In this document: positions 62,132-64,000 of the stretch, one piece after another
Layout of the letters: every line of letters begins with the position of its first letter
Position numbering within the stretch: position 1 is the stretch's first letter
IMG/VR virus record: IMGVR_UViG_3300037475_000071
Location: 1 to 64,000 of that record
Direction: 5' to 3' (one strand)
Source of the DNA: a virus
DNA: 64,000 bases
Translations under genes and position numbers: made by a program
Notes under the pieces: model-generated
Seen by the model: the letters and a program-made list of their open reading frames with translations, nothing else
What the model was told of the DNA's origin: nothing
Database searches by the model: none

Positions 62132-62866
62132 TCACCCATTCACTTCCTCCGTGGAAAGCAGCACAGTGTGCGCCCAGCTATTCAACTCTTCGGCGGTAGG
62201 GCCGGGAACGGAGTCAGCAACAATGGTGTCGAACAAAACTACTGCGTCTTTTTTAAGTTCTTCAAGACTGTTGTCGGGGCATACTATCTCATAATCGAAT
62301 TTGTATCCGTCTAGCTTTGATTCGGAAGGATGAGTCAAACCGTTGTCGAAGCCGTAACGTTCAACCTTAACGGTAACGCCGTCCATGCGATTACGAATGA
62401 ACCAGTACTCGTTAGGAAATCTTAAATCTGTCACGAGTGCTACTTGAGGCCGTTCTTTGTCCACCGTTGCCTGTAGGCGTCCTATCCAATAAAAGGGATT
62501 TTGAAACCTACGGTACTCAGTTCCCCAAAATTGTAAAAGCAGCCGTTGCTTACCGTAAGGGCAAAGGGGGTCAGCCATGTCTGGTGCTGGGTCGTAAGAG
62601 ATACGAAGAGGTTGCCCTACGGCATCCTTGTACCCGTTCTGCACACAGAGCTTATCCGCCCAATGGCAAAGGTGAGCAACAGCGTCTTGCGCAGACAAGT
62701 TGTGCTGCACCATCGTAAACTCTATGGCTTGGGTGTACTCTTTTTTCAATTCGTCAGCGAAGGCGTACTTGCGTATGTCGTACTGCCCACCGCGAGCCTT
62801 GATGATCTCAGCGGCAACCGTGTCCTTCCCGTTTCTTGCGCGAAACCCAATTCCTATAAGCAACAT
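62132..62866 (-). CDS. deoxynucleoside monophosphate kinase
   Basis: IGIG.RARNGKDT, FADELK, RLLLQFWGTE, TDLRFPNE, HPSE. Confidence 0.85.
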   Translation of the reverse strand: MLLIGIGFRARNGKDTVAAEIIKARGGQYDIRKYAFADELKKEYTQAIEFTMVQHNLSAQDAVAHLCHWADKLCVQNGYKDAVGQPLRISYDPAPDMADPLCPYGKQRLLLQFWGTEYRRFQNPFYWIGRLQATVDKERPQVALVTDLRFPNEYWFIRNRMDGVTVKVERYGFDNGLTHPSESKLDGYKFDYEIVCPDNSLEELKKDAVVLFDTIVADSVPGPTAEELNSWAHTVLLSTEEVNG

Positions 62867-63195
62867 TATCCCCTCCTCAGTTTGTCGAACTCTTGTACAA
62901 AGACATGGCGGACTGCTCGCTGTAGAACAACGAGAGCAACCTCGACTGCCATAGCCAAAAGGTAGGTTCGAACAACGCCGAGCACAGGGACGTGCAGTGC
63001 GAAATGAAGTAGAACATTAACGACGAACACTGCAACCGCAGTCAGAACATTTCCTAGTCCAAACAACAAAGCAATCACAGGGACTGCTACCGCATACCGT
63101 GCGGTGATCGTCTTTAGGGTTGTGTCTTCCTTCTTGATGGGCACGAGCAACTTACCCAACCAAGCGTTTAATTTCTGCGATAGTCTCACCAACAT
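62866..63195 (-). CDS. membrane protein
   Basis: Multiple hydrophobic segments. Confidence 0.5.
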   Translation of the reverse strand: MLVRLSQKLNAWLGKLLVPIKKEDTTLKTITARYAVAVPVIALLFGLGNVLTAVAVFVVNVLLHFALHVPVLGVVRTYLLAMAVEVALVVLQRAVRHVFVQEFDKLRRG

Positions 63196-63276
63196 CAGTT
63201 GGTTGTCTCCTTGTTTATGGGGTTAGAGGTTGACCACAAGGTCTGCCAGTTTCCCCAGCAGACCTTGTAGCGAAGT

Positions 63277-63999
63277 TTACGGGGTTCTTGTTCCTACGAG
63301 TACAGCAGAAACTGCGGCATTAACCGTGGTTACATCAGCACCTAAGTCAGTTCCGTCACTAGCTTGGTCGGCCTGTCCAGCAGCAAACACGCTATTAGTA
63401 GCGCATCCCCTAACTGTAGTGCACAACCTGTAGTCGCCACCGCTAGCATTGTTGTAGTTAACAAACCCTACCGCCGTATGCGATAACTGCCAGATTGGTG
63501 AACTCGAAAACACGGTAGGACTAGCCGTAGAGTCCATTAAGTTGTTGTGATCGAATACGTACGGAGAGACAAGAACAAATCCGGGAGGAGTTGCCACGGG
63601 AGCATATGCTCCTCCGTTGCTTGATAGCTCCCACCCCGTACCAGACACGTTGCAGTAGAAGGTGTTGCCTGATGCCGGATGTTTGCAACTAGCTAGCGCG
63701 ACTGCATTCCAGCCTGTGCCTTGGAAAGCCAGCGCCTCGGTATCTGTTGCACCTGTGCCCTGCGCTTGGTCGGCATCATTGTTCTCCCCGTTCGCATTGA
63801 TAAACGTAGAAGACCCTGCTGCTGCAATGATGTTGTCCTGAATCTTGAAGTTTATAAGCTGGTACTGAGCGATATAGTTATTCAGCCAGAACGGATTGAC
63901 AGCATCGCCTATCAGAGTGTTGTGGGTAACAAAGATGTTGGCGGCCAGCGGCGTAGTCGGCGATGTCCAGCTTAGGACATTTATACTGGCCGTTCCACC
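63277..63999 (-). CDS. C-terminus of a beta-helix-like (tailspike/pectin-lyase-like) protein, partial
   Basis: Frame is open to the window end (…NIFVTHNTL…IQDNII…); ends GDYRL…ASDGTDLGAD. Confidence 0.6.
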   Translation of the reverse strand, partial: GGTASINVLSWTSPTTPLAANIFVTHNTLIGDAVNPFWLNNYIAQYQLINFKIQDNIIAAAGSSTFINANGENNDADQAQGTGATDTEALAFQGTGWNAVALASCKHPASGNTFYCNVSGTGWELSSNGGAYAPVATPPGFVLVSPYVFDHNNLMDSTASPTVFSSSPIWQLSHTAVGFVNYNNASGGDYRLCTTVRGCATNSVFAAGQADQASDGTDLGADVTTVNAAVSAVLVGTRTP

Positions 64000-64000
64000 C

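Overview
64 kb of a large dsDNA tailed phage genome; no host chromosomal DNA is recognisable. Layout: (i) minus-strand packaging/structural genes at 1-6 kb (terS, HNH, interrupted terL, GNAT, virion proteins); (ii) regulators plus a family A DNA polymerase and RNase H at 6.7-17.6 kb; (iii) a ~2 kb largely non-coding block with strongly structured RNA candidates at 17.6-19.6 kb, followed by many small early-type genes; (iv) a tyrosine integrase with a half-tRNA-Gly(CCC) attP-like site; (v) recombination, replication and nucleotide-metabolism genes (PD-(D/E)XK nuclease, SF2 helicase, two glycosyltransferases, primase-helicase, endonuclease VII, intein-containing RecA, dUTPase, class II-like RNR, dCMP deaminase, Nudix); (vi) minus-strand late/lysis-like genes at the right end. 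Several host-like proteins suggest an Acidobacteriota host (inference). Top finding: the terminase large subunit is broken inside its Walker A motif by a 41-nt frame-shifting UUCG-hairpin insert just downstream of a free-standing HNH endonuclease. This resembles the T4 mobA/gene 60 bypass cassette, but lacks matched take-off/landing codons for clean excision. Other notable features: a ~750-nt structured RNA candidate, several smaller structured leaders behind a shared promoter family, a strand-biased GGATGG motif cluster and a 5-nt-periodic G-rich tract. All family assignments are from motif recognition by eye, not database searches.
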